Positions 10,611 to 20,391 of a stretch of 64,000 nt of DNA are shown piece after piece (within the stretch, counting starts at the first letter, position 1; each line of letters begins with the position of its first letter). Below the pieces are notes generated by a model, which was not told where the DNA came from, did not search any database, and worked only from the letters and a program-made list of their open reading frames with translations. A program made the translations under genes and the position numbers. The stretch is from an uncultured Phycisphaerales bacterium (GTDB lineage Bacteria > Planctomycetota > Phycisphaerae > Tepidisphaerales > Tepidisphaeraceae): assembly GCA_963758525.1 (NCBI GenBank), contig CAVWVQ010000003.1, positions 3,616,001 to 3,680,000 of the forward strand, in the 5' to 3' direction.

Positions 10611-11368
10611 TTTTCCCGCACCGCTCAATTCGATGTCGGACGCTGCCGCGATGCGTGCATGCAATTTTGCCGGTCGTGATCTGTTGCAGCTTTCTGCCAT
10701 TGATTGCACGCGCGGCTTCGGGAGAGCCGGCCGCCAACAGTCCGCTGGTTGCCGACCCACCGCCGCCCCCCTCCCCCCGTATCACCGACACCTTCGATAA
10801 GCAGCCGATCCGTCGGGAAGATGCACCGTCGCACGGTGACCGCCAAGCGAGCGCAGCCGACACGACATCGTCAGCCCTCGAACTGCCCCGGCTGCTGGCG
10901 GCAATGGCGTTGGTCGTCGGATTGATCTTCATGTTGCGCTGGTTCGGCCGGCGGTTTTTCGGCGCGACGCCGGTCGCGGGTGGAACGCGAGCCGTCCAGG
11001 TGCTCTCGCGATCCCTGGTCGCGCCGCGGCAGAGCGTGATGTTGATGCAGATCGGACGACGGCTTTTGGTAATCGCTGACAATGGTTCTCAGCTTGCGCC
11101 GCTCAGCGAGATTACCGATCCTGACGAAGTGGCGTCGCTTGTCGGCCAATTGCGCGGTGAAAAGCTGGATATTGCAGGGAGAACGTTTGGAGCGCTGTTC
11201 GGACGGCTGAAGAAGGATGAAGCCATCGATCCGCCGCCCGCTGACGGAGCGGTTTCCACCAGTGAGTCGGCGATGGCGGATCAGCCGGACGTGTCGAACG
11301 CCCGCGCGGAGTTGAGCGGTTTGATGGAACAGGTGCGTTTGGCCTCAAGCCAATTCAGCCGGACGTAG
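10607..11368 (+). CDS. fliO: Flagellar biosynthesis protein FliO/FliZ
   Basis: TM segment followed by [30 protein letters not shown] start overlaps fliN stop. Confidence 0.8.
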   Translation: MIFPHRSIRCRTLPRCVHAILPVVICCSFLPLIARAASGEPAANSPLVADPPPPPSPRITDTFDKQPIRREDAPSHGDRQASAADTTSSALELPRLLAAMALVVGLIFMLRWFGRRFFGATPVAGGTRAVQVLSRSLVAPRQSVMLMQIGRRLLVIADNGSQLAPLSEITDPDEVASLVGQLRGEKLDIAGRTFGALFGRLKKDEAIDPPPADGAVSTSESAMADQPDVSNARAELSGLMEQVRLASSQFSRT

Positions 11369-11404
11369 GACGCGTCCGCAGAGAAGTCGGCAGCAATTGG
11401 GCCG

Positions 11405-12268
11405 GTGTTGAGAAAGGATGCTCGCGTGAGCCCGCGGATGGTTTTTGTTGCGATGATGGGTCTCCTGGCCCTCATTCCGCTTCGTTCGGCGCGCGCCGAC
11501 GATAAATTTTCCGCGCCCACCGCCCCCTCTGTCGCTACCACTCCCAACAATGCTGCTTCCGATGCGCCTTCTCCGGGCACGAGTCCGCTGAACCCTCCGA
11601 TACAGCTTCCCGACCTGGGCAAGCGCGAAAATCTCTCCTCTGCAATGCAGATCATCATGCTGCTCACGGTGCTGTCGCTGGCGCCGGCCATTCTCATCAT
11701 GATGACCAGCTTTACGCGGATGATCATTGTCCTTTCGCTGCTGCGTCAGGCATTGGGCACCCAGCAGCTTCCGCCGAATCAAATTCTCATCGGCCTTTCG
11801 CTGTTCATGACGTTTCTGGTCATGCGTCCGACGTGGCAGCAGGTGAACAACGACGCGCTGCGGCCTTATATGAGCGGGAACATCGATCAGCAGACGGCGC
11901 TCTCCAACGCGCAGGTTCCCCTTCGCCAGTTCATGATCGGGCAAATCCGCAAAAGCGGAAATGACAAGGACGTTTTTCTCTTCGCCGATTTCGCTCACGA
12001 AAAGGTGACCAACTGGGGGGACGTGAGCACCCTGACGCTGATCCCGGCTTATATCCTCAGCGAACTGAAGACGGCTTTTCTTCTGGGTTTCAAGGTCTAT
12101 CTGCCGTTCTTAATTATCGACATGGTGATCTCGACCGTTTTGATCAGCATGGGAATGATGATGCTGCCGCCGGTCTTGATTTCCATGCCATTTAAGCTGC
12201 TGTTATTCGTTCTTGTCGACGGATGGCGCTTGATTACTGCGGGTCTGATGGGTAGCTTCATAGCCTGA
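11405..12268 (+). CDS. fliP: Flagellar export gate protein FliP
   Basis: [27 protein letters not shown] and [24 protein letters not shown]. Confidence 0.95.
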   Translation: MLRKDARVSPRMVFVAMMGLLALIPLRSARADDKFSAPTAPSVATTPNNAASDAPSPGTSPLNPPIQLPDLGKRENLSSAMQIIMLLTVLSLAPAILIMMTSFTRMIIVLSLLRQALGTQQLPPNQILIGLSLFMTFLVMRPTWQQVNNDALRPYMSGNIDQQTALSNAQVPLRQFMIGQIRKSGNDKDVFLFADFAHEKVTNWGDVSTLTLIPAYILSELKTAFLLGFKVYLPFLIIDMVISTVLISMGMMMLPPVLISMPFKLLLFVLVDGWRLITAGLMGSFIA

Positions 12269-12389
12269 TCGAAATGCCGCTCGCGTTATCCGCATGGATG
12301 CGGCAATTGCGGGCGTGGGACAATCAACTCGCTCGCCGCGGCGCGAATCCTCATCGCTCCGAGGCAACACTCAAGGAAGGGTGTGCCGG

Positions 12390-12647
12390 ATGAATCTCGA
12401 TACTGCCACGCAAATCGTTCGCCAGACGCTGGTGCTCGCGATGGTCGTCTCCGCGCCGATGCTCATCATCGGCCTGGTGGTTGGCATCGTCATTTCTCTC
12501 CTGCAGGCCATCACTCAAATTCAGGAGCAGACGCTCACGTTCATCCCCAAGATCGTTTCGATGATCGCAGCGGCCATCGTGCTGATGCCCTGGATCGGGC
12601 ATCGCCTTCTTGAGTACACGACGATGATGTTTCAACTTTCGTACTGA
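12390..12647 (+). CDS. fliQ: Flagellar export gate protein FliQ
   Basis: QAITQIQEQTLTFIPK; ATG at 12390 after AAGGAAGG. Confidence 0.95.
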   Translation: MNLDTATQIVRQTLVLAMVVSAPMLIIGLVVGIVISLLQAITQIQEQTLTFIPKIVSMIAAAIVLMPWIGHRLLEYTTMMFQLSY

Positions 12648-12676
12648 ACCGACGGTCGTCTTCGGAACGTGGGCGC

Positions 12677-13440
12677 ATGCTTTCCGCAGCACTGAAATTC
12701 GTCCCGGTCTTCCTGCTGGTCTTCTTCCGCCTCGCGGGAATGGCTCTGTTTGCGCCCTGTTTGGCAGGCGCAGATTCCCAAGCGCGTCCGGCTCATGCTC
12801 ATTCTGGTAATCGCACTGGGAATGGTCGGAAGCGTCAAGCCGCCGCTGCGGCTCCCGGACAATACGTGGGACACCGCCATCGCCATTGCCGGGGAAATGT
12901 TCTTCGGCCTGGCGATGGGGATGATCATGAGCTTTATCTTCGTCGCCTGTCAGTGGGCCGGGGAAATCATCGGTCAGCAGATGGGATTCAATCTTGGGGA
13001 GATCGTTGACCCCGCATACGGCGCAAGCGTCCGTCGTTGGCGATCTCTACTTCATGCTGACGCTGGTGATCTTTCTGGCCGTTGGCGGGCATCGCTCGAT
13101 GTTGCAGGGCGTGCATGACAGCTTCGAGAAGCTGCCGCTTCTGTCGCTGGGCATCAACGAGTCGCTGCTGCATTTGCTGGCCGGCTTGCTCGAAGGGGCG
13201 ACGATCCTGGCCGTGCGAATGGCTGCCCCGATGCTCATCACCATGCTCGTCGTCGACTTGGTTTTAGGACTCATCGGGAAAACGGTCCCGCAGATGAACG
13301 TGATGGCGGCCGGGCTGAGCCTGCGATCGGGCGTCGGAATGCTCGTGATCATCGTCGGGCTTGCCCTCACGACCCGCGTGATGCGCGAATCAGTCGTGCA
13401 GTCGATGCAAACCGTGTGGGACGGCTGGACGACTCAATAG
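12677..13440 (+). CDS. fliR: Flagellar export gate protein FliR (split over three frames)
   Basis: FFRLAGMALFAP / AGEIIGQQMGF / KTVPQMNV segments lie in successive frames; shifts near 12760 and 13030. Confidence 0.85.
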
Positions 13441-13455
13441 AGAGCTGCAGAGAAC

Positions 13456-14544
13456 ATGGCAGAAGAATTCGGGGAAAAAACCGAAGCCCCCACGCCGCGG
13501 CGGCGCACCGAGGCCCGCGAGCAGGGAAACATTCCCCGCTCACAGGACCTGACGTCGGCGGTGCTGCTGCTCGCTTCGCTGCTCCTGCTGGGCGCGTGCG
13601 GGCCGCGGATGATGATGGCGCTGCGGGTGCTGGTGGGCGAGATGCTCGGGACCGCGTCAATGGCGGATTCTTCGCTCGAAGGCGCAACGCGCGGAACGCT
13701 TCGGGCGTTTATCCTCATATCCGAGGCGCTGGCCCCTTTTCTTGGAGGAATTGCGTTCGCGGCAATCGTCGCCAATGTCGGGCAGGTCGGATTTGTCTTC
13801 AGTGCCCAACGCCTCACGCCGAATCTCGCCGCCCTGAATCCATTCGGCGGCTTCGGCCGGATCTTCTCGGGAGGACGCGGATGGATGCGCCTTCTTCTCG
13901 ACACACTGAAAATATTCCTGCTCGGCGCGGTCGGCTATTCCGCCGTGCACGGGCGGTTGATCCAGATCATCAATTCCCAGCAACTCGAGTTCGTGCAGAT
14001 CTTCCTGCTGGGCGCGCAGGTGGTCTACTCCATCGGCTTGCGCATTGGCATCACGCTGCTGATCCTGGCCATCATCGACTATGCCTATCAGCGTTACCGC
14101 ATCGAGCACGAGCTGATGATGAGCAAGCAGGAGGTGAAGGAGGAGATGCGGCGGATGGAAGGGGATCCGAAGATCAAGATGCGCCGCCGTCAGCTTGGAA
14201 TGCAGGCCGCCGCCCAACGGCTCAAGAAGGACGTTCCAACGGCCGACGTGGTGGTGACCAATCCGACCGAATACGCAATCGCGCTGAAATACGACCCGGA
14301 GACGATGAACGCTCCCAAAGTCATCGCCAAGGGGCGCGATTTGATGGCGCAGCGCATCCGTGAGCTGGCGATCGAAAACGGCATTCCGATTTTGGAGCGC
14401 AAGCCGCTCGCCCGCGCGCTCTTCAAGCTCGTCGACGTCGGCCACGAGATTCCTGAGCAATTTTATTCAGCCGTCGCGGAAATCCTGGCGTATGTCTACG
14501 ACCTGGGCGGCAAGATCAAACTCAAACGAGCCATAACGACCTGA
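13456..14544 (+). CDS. flhB: Flagellar export protein FlhB
   Basis: EKTEAPTPRR, MSKQEVKEEMRRMEGDP, autocleavage motif TNPTE. Confidence 0.95.
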   Translation: MAEEFGEKTEAPTPRRRTEAREQGNIPRSQDLTSAVLLLASLLLLGACGPRMMMALRVLVGEMLGTASMADSSLEGATRGTLRAFILISEALAPFLGGIAFAAIVANVGQVGFVFSAQRLTPNLAALNPFGGFGRIFSGGRGWMRLLLDTLKIFLLGAVGYSAVHGRLIQIINSQQLEFVQIFLLGAQVVYSIGLRIGITLLILAIIDYAYQRYRIEHELMMSKQEVKEEMRRMEGDPKIKMRRRQLGMQAAAQRLKKDVPTADVVVTNPTEYAIALKYDPETMNAPKVIAKGRDLMAQRIRELAIENGIPILERKPLARALFKLVDVGHEIPEQFYSAVAEILAYVYDLGGKIKLKRAITT

Positions 14545-14560
14545 TCCTGGCGCAAGACCC

Positions 14561-16657
14561 ATGAGTACGCTGGCAGCCAATCCGATTTTCACCAAGCTTC
14601 ACGAGAACCGTGGGATGATCTTCCCCATGGGATTCATCAGCCTGCTGCTGGTGATTCTGATTCCGCTGCCGCAGTTCATGCTCGATCTTCTGCTGGTCAG
14701 CAACATTACGCTCTCGGTCATCGTGCTCGTCACCACGATTTACGTGCAAAGCCCGCTCGATTTCGCGATTTTCCCGTCGCTTCTCCTGTCGATCACGCTC
14801 TTCCGCCTCGTGCTCAACGTGGCGACGACCCGGCTGATTCTCACCGCCTCGGGCGATCCGCAGACGGCGCTCCACGCCGCCGGCGAAGTCGTTCTCACCT
14901 TCAGCCAGTTTGTCACCAAAGGGTCGCTGGCCGTGGGAATCATCATCTTCATCATCATTTTCATCATTCAGTTCGTCGTGATCACCAAGGGCGGCGGGCG
15001 CATCTCGGAAGTCGCCGCCAGGTTCACCCTCGATGCGATGCCCGGCAAGCAAATGGCAATCGACGCGGACTTGAACGCCGGCAATATTAACGAGGCCCAG
15101 GCCCGCGAGCGGCGCGAGTCCATTTCCCGCGAGGCGGATTTCTACGGTGCCATGGACGGTGCCAGCCGGTTTGTCCGCGGCGACGCCATCGCGGGGATCA
15201 TCATCACCTGCGTGAACGTGGTGGGCGGCCTCTACGTCGGCATGGTCGAGCACAACTGGGGGCTGATGGACTGTCTTCAGCTCTATACCAAGCTGACCAT
15301 CGGCGACGGCCTGGTCAGCCAGTTGCCGGCGTTCATCGTTTCGCTGGGGGCCGGCCTGATCGTCACCCGTTCGAGCACCAAGAAGAATCTCGGCGACGAG
15401 ATGCTCAATCAGCTCTTCTCCAAGCCCAAGGCGCTGATCGTCGCTGCCATGTTTCTCCTGCTGCTGGCGCTCACCGGCCTTCCCAAGGGGCCGCTTTTTG
15501 TGCTCGGCTCCTGCTGCAGCGGGCTGGCCTGGACGATTACCAAGAACGACAAACGCGTTGCGAAGGTCGCCGCGGCAAAAGAGCGGGAGAAAATCGGGAA
15601 GAAAGAGCCGGAAAAAGTCGAGAAGCTGCTCGATCTGGACGCGATGGAACTGGAAGTCGGCTACGGGCTGGTCCGGCTGGTGGATGCCGCCAAAGGCGGG
15701 GATCTGCTCGACCGCGTCAGCATGATCCGCCGGCAGATCGCGACGGATCTTGGCATCATCGTCCCGCCGGTCCGTATCCGCGACAACATGCAGATCGGCG
15801 CCAACGACTACGTCGTCAAGCTCCGCGGCCAGCCGATCGCGCGCGGCGTCGCGTATCCGGATCAGTTTCTCGCCATGGATAATGGCGCCGCCTCCGGCCC
15901 GATTCGCGGCGGGACGCTGACGACCGAGCCGGCGTTTGGTCTGCCGGCCTATTGGATTACCGAGTCAGAGCGAGCGCATGCGGAGTTGCTCAATTACACC
16001 GTCGTCGAAGCGACCGCGGTCCTGGCAACGCATCTCACCGAGGTCATCAAGGGGCACGCCCATGAGCTGCTGACCCGTCAGGAATTAAAGAACCTCGTCG
16101 ACAATCTCAAGACGCGCTTCCCGGCGCTGGTCGAAGAAGTGTTGCCGGCACAGGTGAAGCCCGGCGAGCTGCAGAAGGTGATGCAAAATTTGTTGCGCGA
16201 GCGCGTTCCCGTCCGCGACCTGGAGACGATCGTCGAAACGCTTGGCGACTACTCCTCGCGCACGAAGGACATCGAGGTCCTCAGCGAATATGTTCGCAAT
16301 GCGCTGGCCCGCACCATCTGCAAGCAATATGTCGACGAGCGCGATCGCCTTTGGTGTCTCACGCTCGATCCGACGCTGGAAGAATTAATCAACGGTCATC
16401 TGGAGCGTTCGGAGCGCGGCACGACCAACACGATGCCGCCGCAGACGGCGCAGCAGATCACCAAGCAGATATCGGCAAAGATGAACGAGCTGACACAGGC
16501 CGGGCGGAACGCGGTGCTGCTTTGCACCCCGCAGATTCGTCTTGCCGTGCGGCGAATGATCGAGACGGCGCTGCCGCAGGTGGCAGTGCTTGCTTACAAC
16601 GAGCTGGCATCCGACGTTTCTGTCGAGGCGATCGGACTCGTCGGTTTGAACGGATGA
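14561..16657 (+). CDS. flhA: Flagellar export protein FlhA
   Basis: RISEVAARFTLDAMPGKQMAIDADL and FYGAMDGASRFVRGDA. Confidence 0.97.
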   Translation: MSTLAANPIFTKLHENRGMIFPMGFISLLLVILIPLPQFMLDLLLVSNITLSVIVLVTTIYVQSPLDFAIFPSLLLSITLFRLVLNVATTRLILTASGDPQTALHAAGEVVLTFSQFVTKGSLAVGIIIFIIIFIIQFVVITKGGGRISEVAARFTLDAMPGKQMAIDADLNAGNINEAQARERRESISREADFYGAMDGASRFVRGDAIAGIIITCVNVVGGLYVGMVEHNWGLMDCLQLYTKLTIGDGLVSQLPAFIVSLGAGLIVTRSSTKKNLGDEMLNQLFSKPKALIVAAMFLLLLALTGLPKGPLFVLGSCCSGLAWTITKNDKRVAKVAAAKEREKIGKKEPEKVEKLLDLDAMELEVGYGLVRLVDAAKGGDLLDRVSMIRRQIATDLGIIVPPVRIRDNMQIGANDYVVKLRGQPIARGVAYPDQFLAMDNGAASGPIRGGTLTTEPAFGLPAYWITESERAHAELLNYTVVEATAVLATHLTEVIKGHAHELLTRQELKNLVDNLKTRFPALVEEVLPAQVKPGELQKVMQNLLRERVPVRDLETIVETLGDYSSRTKDIEVLSEYVRNALARTICKQYVDERDRLWCLTLDPTLEELINGHLERSERGTTNTMPPQTAQQITKQISAKMNELTQAGRNAVLLCTPQIRLAVRRMIETALPQVAVLAYNELASDVSVEAIGLVGLNG

Positions 16658-16691
16658 CCGAAAACGCGGACTAAACAACGCGCAGGGATTT

Positions 16692-17906
16692 ATGCAATTG
16701 CAGACCTTCAAGGCGGCAACGATGGGCGAAGCGCTGTCCCAGGTGAAAAGCGCGATGGGCTCCGAGGCAGTGATTCTGCATACGCGCACGCTGCAGACGC
16801 GGCGCTGGCTTGGGCTCCGGCGCCACGAGATGGTGGAGATCACTGCCGGGCGAGGACTGAATGTGGGCCCGCGTTCGCTCCGTCGTCCCTCGACGGAGAG
16901 CCGGGCGGCCCCCACCGGGCTCTACGCGCGTTCGGGCCGTTCCGATGTTCCGGCGCTGCGTCCCGCTGCCGGAGCCGCGTGTGCAACCGGGCTGCTCCAG
17001 ACGCCCGCCGGCGGCGCCGCGGCCATGCTCGCGATTACGCATGACATCAATGCGCTCAAGGCAATGGTCGGCGATCTCCTCAATGAAAACCGCCGGGCGG
17101 TCGCACCCCAGATCCCCGACGAGATGTTCCCTTATTTCACACAACTGCGCAATAACGAAGTCTGCGACGAGCTGGCTGGCGAGATCGTGAAAACGATCCA
17201 TCGCCAGGTCCGTCCCGAGCATTTGCAGCAGGCGGACTTCGTGAAGGACAAAATCGCCGAGCAGATTGAAAAAATGCTCCCGACATCGGGCGCCATCGTC
17301 CGACAGGCTAAGGGCCGGCCGCATGTTGTAGCGCTGATCGGGCCGACCGGCGTCGGGAAGACGACAACCGTCGCCAAGCTCGCCGCAAACCTCAAGCTTC
17401 GCGAGAAGCATCGCGTCGGCCTCATCACGCTGGATACCTACCGCATTGCCGCCGTCGATCAGCTCAAGCGCTATGCCGACATCATCGGTGCGCCCTTGCG
17501 CGTGGTTTCCGGGGTGGACGATCTTCGCGACGCCGAGCGGGCAATGTCCGATTGCGACTTCATCCTGATTGATACTGCGGGCCGCAGCCCGACAGACGCG
17601 CTCAAGCTCAGTGAGCTCAAAGGACTGCTCGCCGCGGCCGAGCCCGACGAGGTGCATCTGGTGCTGTCCACTGTCGCCAGCCCCGAGTGCCTGCACCTGG
17701 CAATCAATCGGTTCAACGACGTGCGCGTCGACCGGCTGATTTTTACCAAGCTCGATGAGGCTGCGCACATCGGCGTCGTGCTCAACGTGGTTCGCAAAGT
17801 AAATAAATCGCTCTCGTACGTCACCACCGGACAGGACGTTCCCGACGACATCGAAGTAGGCCGCGGCAGACTGCTGGCGCGGCGGATTCTGGACAACGTT
17901 CTCTGA
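16692..17906 (+). CDS. flhF: Flagellar SRP-type GTPase FlhF
   Basis: GPTGVGKTTT, DTYRIAAVDQL, DTAGRS, TKLDE, GQDVPDDI. Confidence 0.95.
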   Translation: MQLQTFKAATMGEALSQVKSAMGSEAVILHTRTLQTRRWLGLRRHEMVEITAGRGLNVGPRSLRRPSTESRAAPTGLYARSGRSDVPALRPAAGAACATGLLQTPAGGAAAMLAITHDINALKAMVGDLLNENRRAVAPQIPDEMFPYFTQLRNNEVCDELAGEIVKTIHRQVRPEHLQQADFVKDKIAEQIEKMLPTSGAIVRQAKGRPHVVALIGPTGVGKTTTVAKLAANLKLREKHRVGLITLDTYRIAAVDQLKRYADIIGAPLRVVSGVDDLRDAERAMSDCDFILIDTAGRSPTDALKLSELKGLLAAAEPDEVHLVLSTVASPECLHLAINRFNDVRVDRLIFTKLDEAAHIGVVLNVVRKVNKSLSYVTTGQDVPDDIEVGRGRLLARRILDNVL

Positions 17907-17933
17907 AGATGAAATTTGTGCAGAGGTACGCTT

Positions 17934-18788
17934 ATGACTGTTCTCATTGATCAGGCCACATCCTTGCGAACGCTGGTTCGCGAGCGACGCCGTGCAACTG
18001 TCGTCGCCATCACCAGCGGCAAAGGTGGCGTCGGCAAGAGCAATATCGCCGTGAATCTTGCCATTCAGCTTGCCGGCGCCGGAAAGAGCGTTGTGCTGCT
18101 CGACGCCGACCTCGGGCTTGCCAACGCCGACGTGCTCTGCAATATCGATCTTCCCTACAACCTGTCCCACGTGATTGCCCGCAAGCGAGAACTGTCTGAT
18201 GTGATGGTCAAAGCCCCAGGCGGCTTCGAGCTGATCGGCGGAGCTTCCGGCCTGGCACGCATGGCCGACCTCAGCGATCACGATCGCCAGCGGCTCATTT
18301 CCGCCCTGGCCGAGCTGGAGGAGCGGGCCGACATCATTCTGATCGACACCGGGGCGGGCATCAGCCCCAACGTGCTCTCGTTTACGCGTGCCGCGGATGA
18401 AGTGCTGGTGGTGACCACTCCCGAGCCGACCGCGATTACCGACGCCTACGCGGTCGTCAAGGTCATTACCCGCGAGCAGAGCCAGCGCAGAATCAGCCTG
18501 CTGGTGAATCAGGTGCGCAGCGCCGCCGAGGCAAGCGTCGTCCACGACCGGATTGCGAAAGTCGCCAGACAGTTTCTCGGCGTCAGCGTGCTCGATGCCG
18601 GATTTGTGATGGCAGACGATCAAGTGCCCGCCGCCGTCCGCAGACGCACGCCGTTCGTCATCGCCTCGCCGAAATCGCCCGCGAGCCAGTGCATCGCGCA
18701 GCTTGCCATCCGGCTTCAGCAAGGCGTTGCGATGAACGTCGCCAACGGCGGGTTCTTTAACCGCATGAGCAAGTGGTTCAGGCGGTGA
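17934..18788 (+). CDS. flhG: FlhG/FleN MinD-like ATPase
   Basis: DQA motif, SGKGGVGKS, DADLGLAN, TPEPTAITDAY. Confidence 0.9.
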   Translation: MTVLIDQATSLRTLVRERRRATVVAITSGKGGVGKSNIAVNLAIQLAGAGKSVVLLDADLGLANADVLCNIDLPYNLSHVIARKRELSDVMVKAPGGFELIGGASGLARMADLSDHDRQRLISALAELEERADIILIDTGAGISPNVLSFTRAADEVLVVTTPEPTAITDAYAVVKVITREQSQRRISLLVNQVRSAAEASVVHDRIAKVARQFLGVSVLDAGFVMADDQVPAAVRRRTPFVIASPKSPASQCIAQLAIRLQQGVAMNVANGGFFNRMSKWFRR

Positions 18789-18845
18789 AAATGCGAACAA
18801 ACCTTGACAGCGGAGATAACGTCCTCGGCGCGGCCCGGGCTCATG

Positions 18846-19030
18846 CCACGAAGGCACGAAGGCACGGAGGCACGAAGGCACGAAGGGAAGGAAGCAGAAT
18901 TTTTGTACGAAGATCCGGATTTCTCTCCACAAAAATCTTACTTCCTTCCCTTCGTGCCTCCGTGCCTTCGTGCCTTCGTGCCTTGGCTTCCACAAGGTGC
19001 CTTCGTGCCTTGGTCCTGCACCTCCGTGCC
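18846..19030. repeat. Inverted 8-mer tandem-repeat hairpin (GAAGGCAC)n...(GTGCCTTC)n
   Basis: About five GAAGGCAC-type units plus gggaaggaag, mirrored by cttccttccc and gtgccttc units. Confidence 0.9.
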
Positions 19031-19059
19031 AAATCATTCTTCACTTGCGAGGCATGTTG

Positions 19060-19296
19060 ATGCCTAAACGTCTAGCCGCCGCGATGGCTTTGCTCGCGTT
19101 TGCCGCGTGCCTGATTTCGGGCATGCGGGCGCAGAACACGTTCGACACGACGGTCGTACGTGCTCTGGAAGCGTTGATCGTCACGCTGGTCATCGGGCTG
19201 ATCGTCGGGGCGATGGCGCAAAAAATGCTGGATGAAAATGCCGATTCGGCAAAAAAGTCGGAAATTGCGGCGAAACCAACAAAAGAAGACCGATAA
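19060..19296 (+). CDS. Small two-TM membrane protein between flhG and fliA
   Basis: MPKRLAAAMALLAFAACLISG..ALIVTLVIGLIVGAMA; GAGG upstream; co-oriented with the operon. Confidence 0.7.
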   Translation: MPKRLAAAMALLAFAACLISGMRAQNTFDTTVVRALEALIVTLVIGLIVGAMAQKMLDENADSAKKSEIAAKPTKEDR

Positions 19297-19431
19297 CGGA
19301 CTGTGGGACAAAAAACATTTCAGCGTGGATCGCGCCGCGGCATTGTATTTCGCGAACTGGGCCGTAGAAATATCGTGAACGCGGGTCAACCCGCGCACGA
19401 ACCAAGAACCCCCAACGGATTGGGAGCCATC

Positions 19432-20220
19432 ATGGCAAAGACTGCCAAACGGGATATCAAGGAAGTCTGGATTGAGTATCGGAAATCCAAGACCGAAGCG
19501 TTGCGAAACATTCTGATGGAGAATTATCTCCATCTGGTGCGCTACAACGCCGAACGAATTCACGTCAAACTGCCTGACGAAGTCGAACTAGACGATCTCA
19601 TGTCGGCCGGAATCTTCGGCCTGATGGATGCGATCGCGGCGTTTGACCTGGATCGGGGCGTTAAGTTTGAAACCTATTGCGCCCCGCGTATTCGCGGCGC
19701 CATCCTCGACGAGTTGCGTTCGATGGACTGGGTGCCGCGGCTCGTCCGGTCCCGCGCTCACAAGCTCGACAACGCGAGCAAGCAGCTCGAAGTCGAATTG
19801 GGCCGCGCGCCCTCCAACGACGAGATTGCCAGGCGCCTGAAGGTTCCGATGGCCGAGTTCGAGAAGATGGCCAAGGACGCCAGCGCCGTCGGACTCGTCT
19901 CGCTGTCGCGCAAGTGGTTTGAAACCGACAGCAACAAGGACGTGCGCGAGATCGACGTGCTGGAAGACAAGCGCGGCGCGGATCCCGTTCGCGAGATCCA
20001 GCGCAAGGATCTCAAGGAGCTGATCACCAAGGGCCTCAGCCGCGCCGAACGGCTCATCATCATTCTCTACTATTTTGAAGAGATGACGATGAAGGAGATT
20101 GGCGCCACGCTCGATCTCTCCGAGTCGCGCGTCAGCCAGATGCACAGCTCGATTCTCGCCCGCCTCAAGGCCCAGATGGCCGACCGGCGCAAGGAATTCC
20201 AGCAGGCAACCGCCGTCTGA
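19432..20220 (+). CDS. fliA: RNA polymerase sigma-28 factor FliA/WhiG
   Basis: KFETYCAPRIRGAILDELRSMDWVPR and MTMKEIGATLDLSESRVSQMH. Confidence 0.95.
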   Translation: MAKTAKRDIKEVWIEYRKSKTEALRNILMENYLHLVRYNAERIHVKLPDEVELDDLMSAGIFGLMDAIAAFDLDRGVKFETYCAPRIRGAILDELRSMDWVPRLVRSRAHKLDNASKQLEVELGRAPSNDEIARRLKVPMAEFEKMAKDASAVGLVSLSRKWFETDSNKDVREIDVLEDKRGADPVREIQRKDLKELITKGLSRAERLIIILYYFEEMTMKEIGATLDLSESRVSQMHSSILARLKAQMADRRKEFQQATAV

Positions 20221-20391
20221 CGTACCACGGGTTTCCAACCCGTGCGAGCTGCATGGCAGTCGAACCAATCGGGTTCTTGGACTTTTGCGCCGCCTGCGCG
20301 GCATGGGAACCCGTGGGAGTTGCATGGCAGTCGAATCAAACGGGTCCTTGGACTCTTACGTCCCCTGCACGGGTTGGAAACCCGTGTTACG
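20221..20391. repeat. REPIN-like element, family C (GTACCACGGGTTTCCAACCCGTG), with an internal about 70-bp duplication
   Basis: Arms gtaccacgggtttccaacccgtg and cacgggttggaaacccgtgttac; gcatggcagtcgaa..ttggact occurs twice inside; same family at 46877-46937. Confidence 0.85.

Noticed and set aside
16671..19037. 788-aa minus-strand ORF and similar long antisense ORFs (37040-38431, 44962-46503, 61579-62859)
   Set aside because: They are antisense shadows of well-supported genes in high-GC DNA with no recognisable motifs.
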